Part shown: positions 29,680 through 39,513 of the stretch, piece by piece
How positions within the stretch are numbered: the stretch's first letter is position 1
Layout: every line of letters begins with the position of its first letter
Virus record (IMG/VR): IMGVR_UViG_3300028376_000003
Span: 77,528 to 141,527 of that record
From: a virus
Strand: one strand, 5' to 3'
Length of the DNA: 64,000 bases
The notes under the pieces: model-generated
What the model was told of the DNA's origin: nothing
What the model saw: the letters and a program-made list of their open reading frames with translations, nothing else
The model's database searches: none
Position numbers and translations under genes: made by a program

Positions 29680-29752
29680 CGAGGGTGTAGTGTAATCTGG
29701 TAACACACGATGTTTGGGACATCGAATTGCTGTTCGAATCGGACATCTTCGA
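29680..29752 (+). tRNA. tRNA-Pro(TGG)
   Basis: cgatg-TTTGGGA-catcg. Confidence 0.8.
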
Positions 29753-29772
29753 CAAAAATTATAGTTAAAACT

Positions 29773-29830
29773 AAATGTTGTTAATAAGCAACATTTTAGC
29801 ACTTTTTGTTGTTAATAAGCAACAAAAAAA
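29773..29830. repeat. Two tandem hairpins sharing TGTTGTTAATAAGCAACA, likely terminator(s)
   Basis: Direct repeat of an imperfect palindrome right after tRNA array 4. Confidence 0.55.
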
Positions 29831-29889
29831 ATTAACACAAAAAACAACATATAATTCAAACTAAACTGTTATATTTGAATATATAGTAT

Positions 29890-30342
29890 ATGGATCGTAT
29901 ATATAAAATTAAGTTTGATGTTACTGATGAAGAGTTAGATGACCTATTTATGTATTTCTCTGATGAAGACCTAGATGATGTTGAAGAGTTAGAGGCTGAG
30001 GCATATTTCTATTTTCACGAAGAAGGTAACTATGTATGTTATTTAATAACTACTGAGGTAGAGATGAGAACTTACGTGGGTGTTATGGATAAAAACAAAA
30101 TAAATATATATGTTAAAGATTTTTCCGATAGAATATTAAATTCAACTGTTAATCTAGAAGATAACTTAAGACATAACATCGATAAGGAAAATTGTGAAGA
30201 CTTTGAAGACTTCATTATTTGCCTAAATGAATGGGTTCTTGGAAAATTAGATATAGACTTTGTATTAGATAGGATATCTAGCGTAGGAATTGATAATCTA
30301 ACAGAAAATGAAAAATACTTTTTAAACTCATATAAAATATGA
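29890..30342 (+). CDS. Hypothetical acidic protein
   Basis: C-terminal DFVLDRISSVGIDNLTENEKYFL motif. Confidence 0.55.
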   Translation: MDRIYKIKFDVTDEELDDLFMYFSDEDLDDVEELEAEAYFYFHEEGNYVCYLITTEVEMRTYVGVMDKNKINIYVKDFSDRILNSTVNLEDNLRHNIDKENCEDFEDFIICLNEWVLGKLDIDFVLDRISSVGIDNLTENEKYFLNSYKI

Positions 30343-30719
30343 ATATATTCTTAGATGATATAAGAGAACCAAATATGTCACATAATAAAACTAAAGGATT
30401 AGGTAATGAATATTCTGATTCTAATAAATGGATTATAATAAGAGATTATTTTTCTTTCATTAAATTCTTAGATGATAATATAGAAAATATAACACTTATA
30501 TCATTTGATCACGACATAGCTTCATATAAAGATAGTAAAGAATACACTGGTAAAGATGCTGCCAATTATTTAATAGAGATATGTTTAGATAATAGTTTAA
30601 AAATGCCTAAATGGTATGTACATTCTGACAACACAGTTGGTGCTCATAATATAAATAGCATACTACATAACTATGTTAGGGTTGTTGAGCAGTTTAAAGG
30701 TCCAAATCACCACCTCTAG
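30339..30719 (+). CDS. Cyclic-phosphate-processing receiver-like domain protein
   Basis: IFLDDIREP, ISFDHD, HSDN.VG motifs. Confidence 0.7.
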   Translation: MNIFLDDIREPNMSHNKTKGLGNEYSDSNKWIIIRDYFSFIKFLDDNIENITLISFDHDIASYKDSKEYTGKDAANYLIEICLDNSLKMPKWYVHSDNTVGAHNINSILHNYVRVVEQFKGPNHHL

Positions 30720-31731
30720 TGTTATATCCACCACATGTGCTATCAAGTAGATAGTATCCCTCATATTCTACATTATTGTTATATAAAATTTTTCTTTCCT
30801 TATCGTAATTTCTGAAAGTATCCATAAATGGATAAGCATTATAATCACCTTCTAACTTTATGTTCATATTAACTCTATATGTCTTATCACCATAGTTCAT
30901 TAAATCCATGTTTTTAATACTATTGTGAGTTCTGTAACCCCAACCATTATCCTTAGCATATTTAACTAACTTATCACCATCTGAATCAGTGAAATAATAT
31001 CTTCTATCCATATAATATTCTACATCCCCAAGTTCATCACTTATAGTATTAATACCATTTAGTTTAAATACTAAAGCTCTAGCTAATAACTTACCATCTT
31101 TAACTAATATTGCTAGGCTACAAACATCTTTATTATTTACAAACATTTTAAACAAATTAGAATCAACGCCTACCATACAAGACTTCCCTAGTGTACCAGT
31201 TCGTTTTTTTATAAAGTGTTTGTCCGCGTCATACCACTCTGGTATTTCATCACCAGATACTATTTCAATGTGTGCTTCTGAATAATTTGAGTTTGATTTA
31301 TATTTATTTACAAAATTTTCAACTTCTTCTTTACTAAATCGGCTCGGGAATGCTCTATTAATAAATTTGCCTATTTTAAACTCACTTCTATTCCCTTTGT
31401 ATATGCCACCAACATCATTATTGTGTATCTCATCTGCCAATTCTTCACTAAACTCATCAAATTTAGTTATGGGTACTCTGACATTATTATTAACTTTTCT
31501 AATAGCACTATTCATTGTTGTAAAACTAACATATCCTTCTTTTTTACCGTTATCAATAAAAGTTATATCTGGGTTTATATCCTCGCCTTCTAATGAAAGT
31601 AATGCATCTGATATATCACCACCAATTATTGATATAGTATTTCTAAAATTTGGTGAGTAATACACAACAGATTCTGTTATTAACTTTTCCATAATAGAAT
31701 GGTTTTTAAAACTTAAATAATTTTTAATCAT
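30694..31731 (-). CDS. Phage protein with SCM/DRxY/YPFMDT motifs, putative head-internal
   Basis: MIKNYLSF...ITE N-terminus; late motif upstream. Confidence 0.55.
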   Translation of the reverse strand: MIKNYLSFKNHSIMEKLITESVVYYSPNFRNTISIIGGDISDALLSLEGEDINPDITFIDNGKKEGYVSFTTMNSAIRKVNNNVRVPITKFDEFSEELADEIHNNDVGGIYKGNRSEFKIGKFINRAFPSRFSKEEVENFVNKYKSNSNYSEAHIEIVSGDEIPEWYDADKHFIKKRTGTLGKSCMVGVDSNLFKMFVNNKDVCSLAILVKDGKLLARALVFKLNGINTISDELGDVEYYMDRRYYFTDSDGDKLVKYAKDNGWGYRTHNSIKNMDLMNYGDKTYRVNMNIKLEGDYNAYPFMDTFRNYDKERKILYNNNVEYEGYYLLDSTCGGYNTRGGDLDL

Positions 31732-31769
31732 ATAAGGTATATATTAAATATAATTACTACATTTGCAAA

Positions 31770-32288
31770 ATGAAGCCAGCCTTAAACATATCCGAATTAA
31801 AGACACCATTTATCATAATGTTGATTGGATTACCACTATCTGGCAAAACCACTTGGATTAAAGAGAATATACTAAATATGAAAGGTTATGAAAATATTGA
31901 TATTATATCTAGAGATGATATAATTATGGAGTTATCAAGTAGTGATGATTATAATAAGTCTTATTCAGAAGTTGATGAGAAAGAAGTAAATACACTATTA
32001 AGAGAAAGGCTCATAGAATCTAACAAAAATAGAAGATGTGCTATTGTTGATATGACTAATATGTCTAAAAAAAGAAAAAACACTCTTAACTATTTTAAAA
32101 AAGATTATACTAGAGTAGCTATTTTATTCCCTTTGTTAGATGATGAAAAGTATACTATTAGAAATGATAAAAGAAAACGAGAAGAAAAAAAGCATATCTC
32201 CTTAACAGTATTAAAGGATATGTTAGAAAAATACGCAATTATTAATGAGGAAGATAAATTTGATATAGTAGTTACCGTTGAAAAATAA
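31770..32288 (+). CDS. P-loop kinase (polynucleotide-kinase-like)
   Basis: GLPLSGKTT, ISRDD, IVDMTN. Confidence 0.8.
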   Translation: MKPALNISELKTPFIIMLIGLPLSGKTTWIKENILNMKGYENIDIISRDDIIMELSSSDDYNKSYSEVDEKEVNTLLRERLIESNKNRRCAIVDMTNMSKKRKNTLNYFKKDYTRVAILFPLLDDEKYTIRNDKRKREEKKHISLTVLKDMLEKYAIINEEDKFDIVVTVEK

Positions 32289-32300
32289 ATAAAAATATAA

Positions 32301-33002
32301 ATGAAGTATTTAGGGAGTAAGAATAGAATATCTAAGTACATATTGCCAATTATACTAGAAGGTAGAACTAATGGACAATATTATGTCGAGCCTTTTGTGG
32401 GTGGTGGGAACACAATTGATAAAGTTGGTGGCAATAGAATTGGTTCTGATAGTAATAAATATATGATAGCACTACACAAAGCTTTACAAAAAGGCTGGAT
32501 ACCACCAAAGAATGTGTCTAAGGAAGAATATCTACATTTGAAGGATAACAGAGATGATTATCCACTTGAAATGGTTGGTTACTTTGCTACACAACTAGTA
32601 TTCGGTAGTGTGTGGTTCGGCTCTTATAGAAGAGATAACAAAGGAAATAGAGACTATGATATTGAAGCATATAATAATGTTATGAAACAACAACCAAATC
32701 TAACAGATGTTGAATTTGTTTGTTGTAGCTATGAGTGTCTAGATATACCACCAAACAGTCTTATTTATTGCGATCCACCTTATAGAGGTGCTAGACCTTA
32801 TATTGGTGATAATAAAATTAATCATAATATGTTTTGGGACTGGTGTAGAAAGGCATCAAATGAAGGTCATCAAGTATTTATAAGTGAATATAATGCTCCT
32901 GATGATTTTGAATGTGTGTGGGAAAAAGAAATATCATCAAGTGGGAATGGGATAACAGATAAAAAGTTAAGAGCCACAGAAAAACTATTCACAATAAAAT
33001 AA
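32301..33002 (+). CDS. DNA adenine methyltransferase (Dam/D12 class)
   Basis: KYLGSK, YVEPFVGGG, YCDPPY. Confidence 0.9.
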   Translation: MKYLGSKNRISKYILPIILEGRTNGQYYVEPFVGGGNTIDKVGGNRIGSDSNKYMIALHKALQKGWIPPKNVSKEEYLHLKDNRDDYPLEMVGYFATQLVFGSVWFGSYRRDNKGNRDYDIEAYNNVMKQQPNLTDVEFVCCSYECLDIPPNSLIYCDPPYRGARPYIGDNKINHNMFWDWCRKASNEGHQVFISEYNAPDDFECVWEKEISSSGNGITDKKLRATEKLFTIK

Positions 33003-33071
33003 AAAATATATACAAATCAATTATTTATTCGTATATTTGTTTAAACAAAACCATAAACTAAAACTATAACC

Positions 33072-33311
33072 ATGGTAGACACATTTAAAAATCATAGATT
33101 TGAAAGAAATTTATTAGAGAAAAAAATGGTAGATGAGTTCTCAGAGGAAGTAAACTTAGCAGAAATAGAATCAAGAGTTTTTGGTGATTTTAATTCTAAG
33201 TATGAAATACTAACAAAAAGAGAATTAAAAATTGTAAATTCTACTGTACAATGGTTAGGTACAGAAGTTGGACAAGACTATCTTAAAAGATGTGGATTTG
33301 AAAAAGTATAG
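33072..33311 (+). CDS. Hypothetical protein
   Basis: STVQWLGTEVG motif; host-type promoter upstream. Confidence 0.55.
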   Translation: MVDTFKNHRFERNLLEKKMVDEFSEEVNLAEIESRVFGDFNSKYEILTKRELKIVNSTVQWLGTEVGQDYLKRCGFEKV

Positions 33312-33316
33312 AATAT

Positions 33317-33404
33317 GAGAGAGTTCCAGAGTGGTCAAATGGGCTTATATAAAGTAATATGAGTGTCTTAACAGACTTCGGGGTTCGAATCCTATCCTCT
33401 CTCA
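33317..33404 (+). tRNA. Pseudo-tRNA with Tyr-like body and abnormal anticodon loop
   Basis: Acceptor gagagag/ctctctc, D loop AGTGGTCAAA, variable arm and T loop present; loop region ATAAAGTAAT is non-canonical. Confidence 0.6.
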
Positions 33405-33536
33405 CTAATTGGGTGCTAGTATAATAGGCAAAGCTTAATTGTGATAAGCCCTTCCCATCTCGAAGGATAAAATCATAGCCCTTTGTAAAAAAGTTTATCT
33501 TTTAAAGATAAACTTTTTAAATTTAATTAAAAAATT

Positions 33537-34034
33537 ATGAAAAAAGAAGAAAATCTAGAATTAAGAATGTATGGACTAGTCCCTTATAATATATCGGACA
33601 TACAAAAGGGAATACAGTTTGGACACTCCGTAGTTAGATATGGAAGAAATGTTACTAAACTCAATTCCTTTAATAAATATCATAAACAGTATATAGATTG
33701 GGCAGATAATCACGAAACTTTTGTTATATTAAATGGTGGTACTACTAACATCAGAAAAGGTATTGATGGTAATTGTCTAGGTAGTCTCAATAATTATCAC
33801 AAGATGTTAACTGATAGAGGTATCCTAACAAGTGATTTTTACGAACCAGATCTCGGAGATCAATTAACTGCCTTTTGTCTAATAATAGACGAGAGAGTTT
33901 TTAATAGGAAAAAATATCCTGAATATGACACTGACATTCTTGGTGGTCAATCTTATGAAGAATGGGTTGATACAATAGGTGGTGAGGAAAATGTATTTAT
34001 AAGAAATTTACTATATCCACTTAGACTAGCATGA
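33537..34034 (+). CDS. Peptidyl-tRNA hydrolase 2-like protein
   Basis: IQFGHS, VILNGG, FYEPDLGDQLTAF, terminal LRLA fit the PTH2-like pattern. Confidence 0.65.
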   Translation: MKKEENLELRMYGLVPYNISDIQKGIQFGHSVVRYGRNVTKLNSFNKYHKQYIDWADNHETFVILNGGTTNIRKGIDGNCLGSLNNYHKMLTDRGILTSDFYEPDLGDQLTAFCLIIDERVFNRKKYPEYDTDILGGQSYEEWVDTIGGEENVFIRNLLYPLRLA

Positions 34035-34369
34035 TAACTGAAATTAATATAGAGGGGATAGGAATAATAGAAGTTACTGATTTTAACACTCTATCAAATT
34101 CATATACAACATACACTGATGTAATACCTTCTATAGATTGGTCAATTATTACAAATTTGGATTTGGATCTATTGAATAAACTAAAAAATATGTACAAATT
34201 TAATGTTAATAGCAATGTGTTTAATTTTTATAACACATTTGTTAAAAATGTTACGTATGGATATAATCCCAATTCTAAATCAATGCATATTACTTTTTGC
34301 AGTGATCACTTTGTAAGATTAAGCAAACAAGAAATAAGAAGCTACAAATTAAAAAAAATACTTCATTAA
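34031..34369 (+). CDS. Hypothetical protein
   Basis: C-terminal RSYKLKKIL tag. Confidence 0.55.
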   Translation: MITEINIEGIGIIEVTDFNTLSNSYTTYTDVIPSIDWSIITNLDLDLLNKLKNMYKFNVNSNVFNFYNTFVKNVTYGYNPNSKSMHITFCSDHFVRLSKQEIRSYKLKKILH

Positions 34370-34498
34370 AACACAATGAATCAGTTGGTTATAAAAACTA
34401 AAAAAATTATTGAGCAAATTATAACAATTTAATTAAAACTATTTTGTATATTTGTCCATATTTAAGAAACAAAATACTTATCAATCACTATAAACATT

Positions 34499-36640
34499 AT
34501 GAATAAAAATCAAATTATGCAAAAAGACAAAGAAGGGAAAGATTACTTAAGAAAAACTATCGATGTGAAAAACTCTATTGCAGATGATGGACCACCAGAT
34601 GAAGATTTTAAAGTCCCTGACAAGAAGAATGGTAAATCTAAGACTCCTGTCCTTGATACATATAGTAGAGATCTTACTAATATGGCAGAAGATGGTAAGC
34701 TAGATCTTATTGTTGGTAGAGATAAAGAAATAGAACGTGTTTCTCAAATTTTATCTAGGAGAAAAAAGAACAATCCTATTCTCATTGGTGAAGCTGGTGT
34801 TGGTAAATCTTCTATTGCAGAAGGTCTAGCACTTAGAATTGTACAGAGAAAGGTAAGTAGAGTTCTTTTTGATAAAAGAATTGTTATGTTAGACTTAGCA
34901 TCTATGGTAGCTGGTACTAAATATAGGGGTCAATTTGAAGAAAGAGTTAAGGCTCTTATGAGTGAAATAGAAGATGAACCAAATGTTATTCTTTTTATCG
35001 ATGAAATTCATACTATGGTTGGTGCTGGTGGAGCATCTGGTAGCCTAGATGCCTCCAATATGTTCAAACCAGCATTAGCACGTGGTGAAATTCAGATAAT
35101 TGGTGCAACAACATTAGACGAATACAGAAAGCATGTTGAGAAAGATGCTGCTTTGGAAAGAAGATTTCAAAAAGTAATCGTAGAACCTGCCACACCAGAG
35201 GAAACTTTACAAATCATAGGAAACATCAAAGATAAATATGAGAAGCATCATAATGTGGTTTACTCACAAGAGGCAATTGAATCTTGTGTTGATCTTACAG
35301 TCAGATATATGAGTGATAGATTCTTACCAGACAAAGCAATTGATGCATTAGATGAGGCAGGATCAAGAGTTCATATCTCAAATATAGTTGTTCCTAAAAG
35401 GATAACTGAAATCGAGAAAAAGATTGAGGATATTAAAGAAGAAAAGAAAAAAGTAATTAGGTCTCAAAAATATGAACAAGCTGCTAGACTTAGAGATGTT
35501 GAGAAAGAACTTGATGCCGAATTAGAATTGGCTAGAGATAAGTGGGAAGAAGATACTAAAAATAACCCACAAGTTGTGTCACAAGAAGATGTTGCACAAG
35601 TAGTATCTATGATAACTGGAGTTCCTGTTAGTAAGGTTGGGCAAAAAGAAAATTCTAAATTAGCCAAAATGTTTGATGTTATTTCAAATAACGTTGTTGG
35701 TCAAGACAAAGCAGTTAAAAAAGTAGTACAAGCTATACAGAGAGGTAGAGTTGGTATGAAAGATCCTAACAAGCCAATTTTCTCAGGAATACTAATTGGT
35801 AATAGTGGAGTTGGTAAAACTGAATTGGCTAAACAAATTGCTAAGTATATGTTTGACTCAGAGGATTCTATTATTCGTTTAGATATGTCTGAATACATGG
35901 AGAAAGTCTCCCTTACTAGAATCCAAGGTTCTGCACCTGGGTATGTTGGATATGAAGATAGTAATGTATTGGATAAGGTAAGGAGAAAGCCTTACTCTGT
36001 TATTCTTTTTGATGAAATTGAGAAAGCCCACCCTGATGTTGTCAATCTATTTTTACAAATGTTAGATGATGGAGTTGTAACAGATTCACATGGAAGAAAA
36101 GTATCTTTTAAGAATTGTGTTATTCTGATGACATCAAACGTTGGTACTAGAAAGGTTAAGAGTTTTGGAACTGGACTAGGCTTCTCAACAAAAACATCAG
36201 TTGAGAAAGAACACAATAAAGTTAAAGCTATTTTACAAAAGGAATTAAGTGTGGCTTTTCCACCAGAGTTTATCAATAGATTAGATGATATTATCTACTT
36301 CAAAGATTTGGACAGAGATGACATTATGAAGATTGTTGAACTTGAAATTACTAAGACACTTAAAAGAGGTTCTGATATTGGATATAATCTAATTGTAACA
36401 GATGAATTGAAGGAACACCTTCTAGATGTTGGTTATAACTTAGATAGTGGTGCTAGACCTCTTAAAAGAGCTTTACAGACTTGGATTGATGATTATGTAA
36501 CAGAGTTTATCATCCAAGAAAGTCCTAAAGAGGGTTCTACACTAACAATTAGCTATGATAAAGATTTGGATGAGTCAGTAGTTAGTCTTGGTAAGAAAAG
36601 AAAGAAGAGAGTTTCTAAGCCCAGGGACGAAGAAATTTAG
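34499..36640 (+). CDS. clpC: ClpC-type AAA+ unfoldase lacking the Clp_N domain
   Basis: Two Walker A motifs (GEAGVGKS, GNSGVGKT), UVR coil (QKYEQAARLRD), RFLPDKAID, GARPLKR. Confidence 0.92.
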   Translation: MNKNQIMQKDKEGKDYLRKTIDVKNSIADDGPPDEDFKVPDKKNGKSKTPVLDTYSRDLTNMAEDGKLDLIVGRDKEIERVSQILSRRKKNNPILIGEAGVGKSSIAEGLALRIVQRKVSRVLFDKRIVMLDLASMVAGTKYRGQFEERVKALMSEIEDEPNVILFIDEIHTMVGAGGASGSLDASNMFKPALARGEIQIIGATTLDEYRKHVEKDAALERRFQKVIVEPATPEETLQIIGNIKDKYEKHHNVVYSQEAIESCVDLTVRYMSDRFLPDKAIDALDEAGSRVHISNIVVPKRITEIEKKIEDIKEEKKKVIRSQKYEQAARLRDVEKELDAELELARDKWEEDTKNNPQVVSQEDVAQVVSMITGVPVSKVGQKENSKLAKMFDVISNNVVGQDKAVKKVVQAIQRGRVGMKDPNKPIFSGILIGNSGVGKTELAKQIAKYMFDSEDSIIRLDMSEYMEKVSLTRIQGSAPGYVGYEDSNVLDKVRRKPYSVILFDEIEKAHPDVVNLFLQMLDDGVVTDSHGRKVSFKNCVILMTSNVGTRKVKSFGTGLGFSTKTSVEKEHNKVKAILQKELSVAFPPEFINRLDDIIYFKDLDRDDIMKIVELEITKTLKRGSDIGYNLIVTDELKEHLLDVGYNLDSGARPLKRALQTWIDDYVTEFIIQESPKEGSTLTISYDKDLDESVVSLGKKRKKRVSKPRDEEI

Positions 36641-36915
36641 GCTTCGAAAGAATGCCCCCCTATATTCTGTAGAATAGGCACATATTCAAGCGAGTTAGAT
36701 TTCTGACTCGCTTTTCTTATGTTATCATTGCTTATAGAATGTACCATTTCATTTGGATACTTAGTAAAGTACTCAATCATAGAATCTACATTTTCATCCT
36801 CAGACAAACTCTTGTTCCATAAATCTGGTAGGTTGTACTTATTCATACTCACATACTCCTTTACTTTTAAATCTAATACAGGATTGAACTCTTTCCATTC
36901 TTTTAAATATTCCAT
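36637..36915 (-). CDS. Hypothetical protein, putative virion
   Basis: MEYLKEWKEF N-terminus. Confidence 0.5.
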   Translation of the reverse strand: MEYLKEWKEFNPVLDLKVKEYVSMNKYNLPDLWNKSLSEDENVDSMIEYFTKYPNEMVHSISNDNIRKASQKSNSLEYVPILQNIGGHSFEA

Positions 36916-36919
36916 ATAA

Positions 36920-37519
36920 TTATATTTTTTGTATTATAGTAGTAATATTCTTTGTCTCTAATACCTTACTCTTATCTAATAAAAATTCTATGTCATAGAA
37001 GTTGAAACTAAACGTTAGTGTAAATTCTTTACCAGTAACTCTTTGTTGGGAGTAATTGAAATTGACATCTGATAAACTCCTAAGAATTATCTCACCAAAT
37101 TTAATTATGTATATAGCATCTCTATGTATGTCCAATGATGTTATAGTAAATGGATCCAGAAAAGAATTCTCAACATCTATATAATGCTTGTTTATAATAT
37201 CAAATAATAGCCAATAATTAAGATAAGCATCAACTGATCTAAAAGTTATTTGAAGTTCTCTAGTAGATACTATATCTTGTGGATTCTTAGAAGGTTTGAA
37301 ATTTCTTTTCTTACCCCTCATTCTTATCTGCTCTGGCATATCAAAAGATATACCTGGAAAATTCACTGACAAGATTGTAGAATTTATATAGTCTATGACG
37401 TTTTCATACTGAACCCAGTTTTTTTCCAATATAGGTTGATAACTCTCTATCAATTCATTTGGAAGAAATGATTGTGGTAGGTTAAAGATGAACTGTGATG
37501 ATTGCGAACTAAGTCTCAT
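36920..37519 (-). CDS. Putative tail tube/terminator-fold protein
   Basis: SVNFPGISF...LQITFR...FTLTFSFNFY pattern; late motif upstream. Confidence 0.45.
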   Translation of the reverse strand: MRLSSQSSQFIFNLPQSFLPNELIESYQPILEKNWVQYENVIDYINSTILSVNFPGISFDMPEQIRMRGKKRNFKPSKNPQDIVSTRELQITFRSVDAYLNYWLLFDIINKHYIDVENSFLDPFTITSLDIHRDAIYIIKFGEIILRSLSDVNFNYSQQRVTGKEFTLTFSFNFYDIEFLLDKSKVLETKNITTIIQKI

Positions 37520-37563
37520 TCAATTATATGTATTTATAGTATATATTAACTTATGAAAATCTC

Positions 37564-39513
37564 TTATTCATTGAATATATCATCACCAGAATCCCTAAAT
37601 CTAACATCATTTGGTCTGCTATTAGTATTGGGTGTATTAGCAGAACTAGACTTTTTAATTGGTCTGTTGTCATCACTAATAACTCTTCTAGTTACTATTG
37701 CAGTTTCCTTCTCTGGTTCAGTTACAACATCTTGTTCTACCCCACCATTTTCTATGTCATCATTTAATTCTCCAACATTGTTCATATCATCATATATTTT
37801 AAATAACCCAGTATAGACAACTGAAGTAGTTGATGAATTAGTACCAGTTATATAAAAAACGTTTATACCACTAGTAAATATTTGTTTTATTTGACTGAAT
37901 TTACCTTGTGTTATTTTAAATACAACTATACCATTTGCTAGGTCTACTTCACCAGATTCTATAAAAGGAGAGAATGATATTGATGTTTTGTCGTTCTTTA
38001 TGGTAAATAGAATTTCAGAATAACCTGTTAAATCTAGGTATTTTGGTTTTTCATTAGTACCAGAAGCTATTGTGAATGATATTACATTATCAAACGGATA
38101 TAAAAGTATTTGTATTTTACCAAATCCATAGAACCTACTTTCGTCCAATACTGAACTTTCTGATTTAGCCATTATATTAAACCTATCTACCAAAACAGGG
38201 AATGGTACTTTAACTTGTTCTACAATAACGCCACCATTGCCACCATTATTACTATTGTTATTATTTGAATTTAATTCATCTAGTGTTATTCTAGGTCTAA
38301 TAGGTGATTTAGGAGTGTTGTTTATTGGTATAACACCAAAAGAGTTAGCAACTCCAACTAAATCTGGATTTATTGAAGATTTTATATTATACACCTTTGG
38401 CTTGGATGCATTAGCTATATTTATTTTAGTCATTCTAAGAGAATACTTAGATACCTCATCTTGTAACATACCATATGATGCCCTTCTTATTATATAAGAC
38501 TGGTCAACAGAGTCTATAAGTCTAAGTTCTACATCTATAATAGCAGTTGTAGTTGAGTACTTTATAATAGGTCTATATTCAACAGTCTCATTGAAGTTAT
38601 TAGTAAGTGTTATAGTAGTTGTTTTACCCCTTATATTTTGCTCATATATCGTTATATTGTATTGTACATAGTATCTGTTACCCAATGGTATTGCATCATC
38701 TATAAACCTTTTAAATTCAGCTATATTACCATTGTATGTTCCATAAATCTCAAAAAAGTCACCATTAGGCGAGTTTTCTATTTTAAGACCTAGTTTTTCA
38801 AATTCTGGTGTCTGTGGAATTGTTGTAGTAATTGCACTTTCTAATAAATATGTCTTTATTTGATTTATTCTCTGAGTTTTATTTATAAAATGAAAATCTA
38901 TAAATACTGGGGAATTTATATTTAGACCAAGACCATTAGTAAGAACAGAGTTAAGACTATTTTCAGTTGGTTCTTGATTTGTTAATTGTGTAGAAACCTC
39001 ACTTAAAGCTGGTATATCTAATACAATATTCTTACCCCAAAGTTTCTCTTGGAATAGAAGTGGTGGTGATGAAAAATTAAGTAAATACTGTTGTTCAACA
39101 TCTGTCATATCAAAATAGAAATTTGATAAATCATGTTGTGTTTGATTTAACCTATCAAATGCATATATTCTAACATAAAATCCTAAGTATTGTCCAAATG
39201 TCCAATTTATAGGTAAATGTATTTTAACTGTATCATGTCTTAGTGGTGAGGATGCAGTATAGTTTTTTTCTTGTAAAAATGTATAATTACTTTCATCTAC
39301 CTTACCCCATTTAGATTCTATTGGATCTAGTCTAAATAATTGATTTGTTTTTGTATTGCTAGTGGATGATGTACTTGTTGAAAAATATCCAGTTGTCCTA
39401 TCTTTTGAGTTAACCAATATGTTATATGGTTCACTCAGTAGGTTAGCATCATTATAAATATATTCTAATAATATATCTTTATTTAATTTTACAAATTTAG
39501 AGATTTTAGCCAT
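37564..39513 (-). CDS. 649-aa putative structural protein
   Basis: Long beta-rich ORF with late motif upstream. Confidence 0.55.
   Translation of the reverse strand: MAKISKFVKLNKDILLEYIYNDANLLSEPYNILVNSKDRTTGYFSTSTSSTSNTKTNQLFRLDPIESKWGKVDESNYTFLQEKNYTASSPLRHDTVKIHLPINWTFGQYLGFYVRIYAFDRLNQTQHDLSNFYFDMTDVEQQYLLNFSSPPLLFQEKLWGKNIVLDIPALSEVSTQLTNQEPTENSLNSVLTNGLGLNINSPVFIDFHFINKTQRINQIKTYLLESAITTTIPQTPEFEKLGLKIENSPNGDFFEIYGTYNGNIAEFKRFIDDAIPLGNRYYVQYNITIYEQNIRGKTTTITLTNNFNETVEYRPIIKYSTTTAIIDVELRLIDSVDQSYIIRRASYGMLQDEVSKYSLRMTKINIANASKPKVYNIKSSINPDLVGVANSFGVIPINNTPKSPIRPRITLDELNSNNNNSNNGGNGGVIVEQVKVPFPVLVDRFNIMAKSESSVLDESRFYGFGKIQILLYPFDNVISFTIASGTNEKPKYLDLTGYSEILFTIKNDKTSISFSPFIESGEVDLANGIVVFKITQGKFSQIKQIFTSGINVFYITGTNSSTTSVVYTGLFKIYDDMNNVGELNDDIENGGVEQDVVTEPEKETAIVTRRVISDDNRPIKKSSSANTPNTNSRPNDVRFRDSGDDIFNE

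Noticed and set aside
29540-29755. 71-aa minus-strand ORF
   Set aside because: Antisense to tRNA-Asp/Gln/Pro genes.
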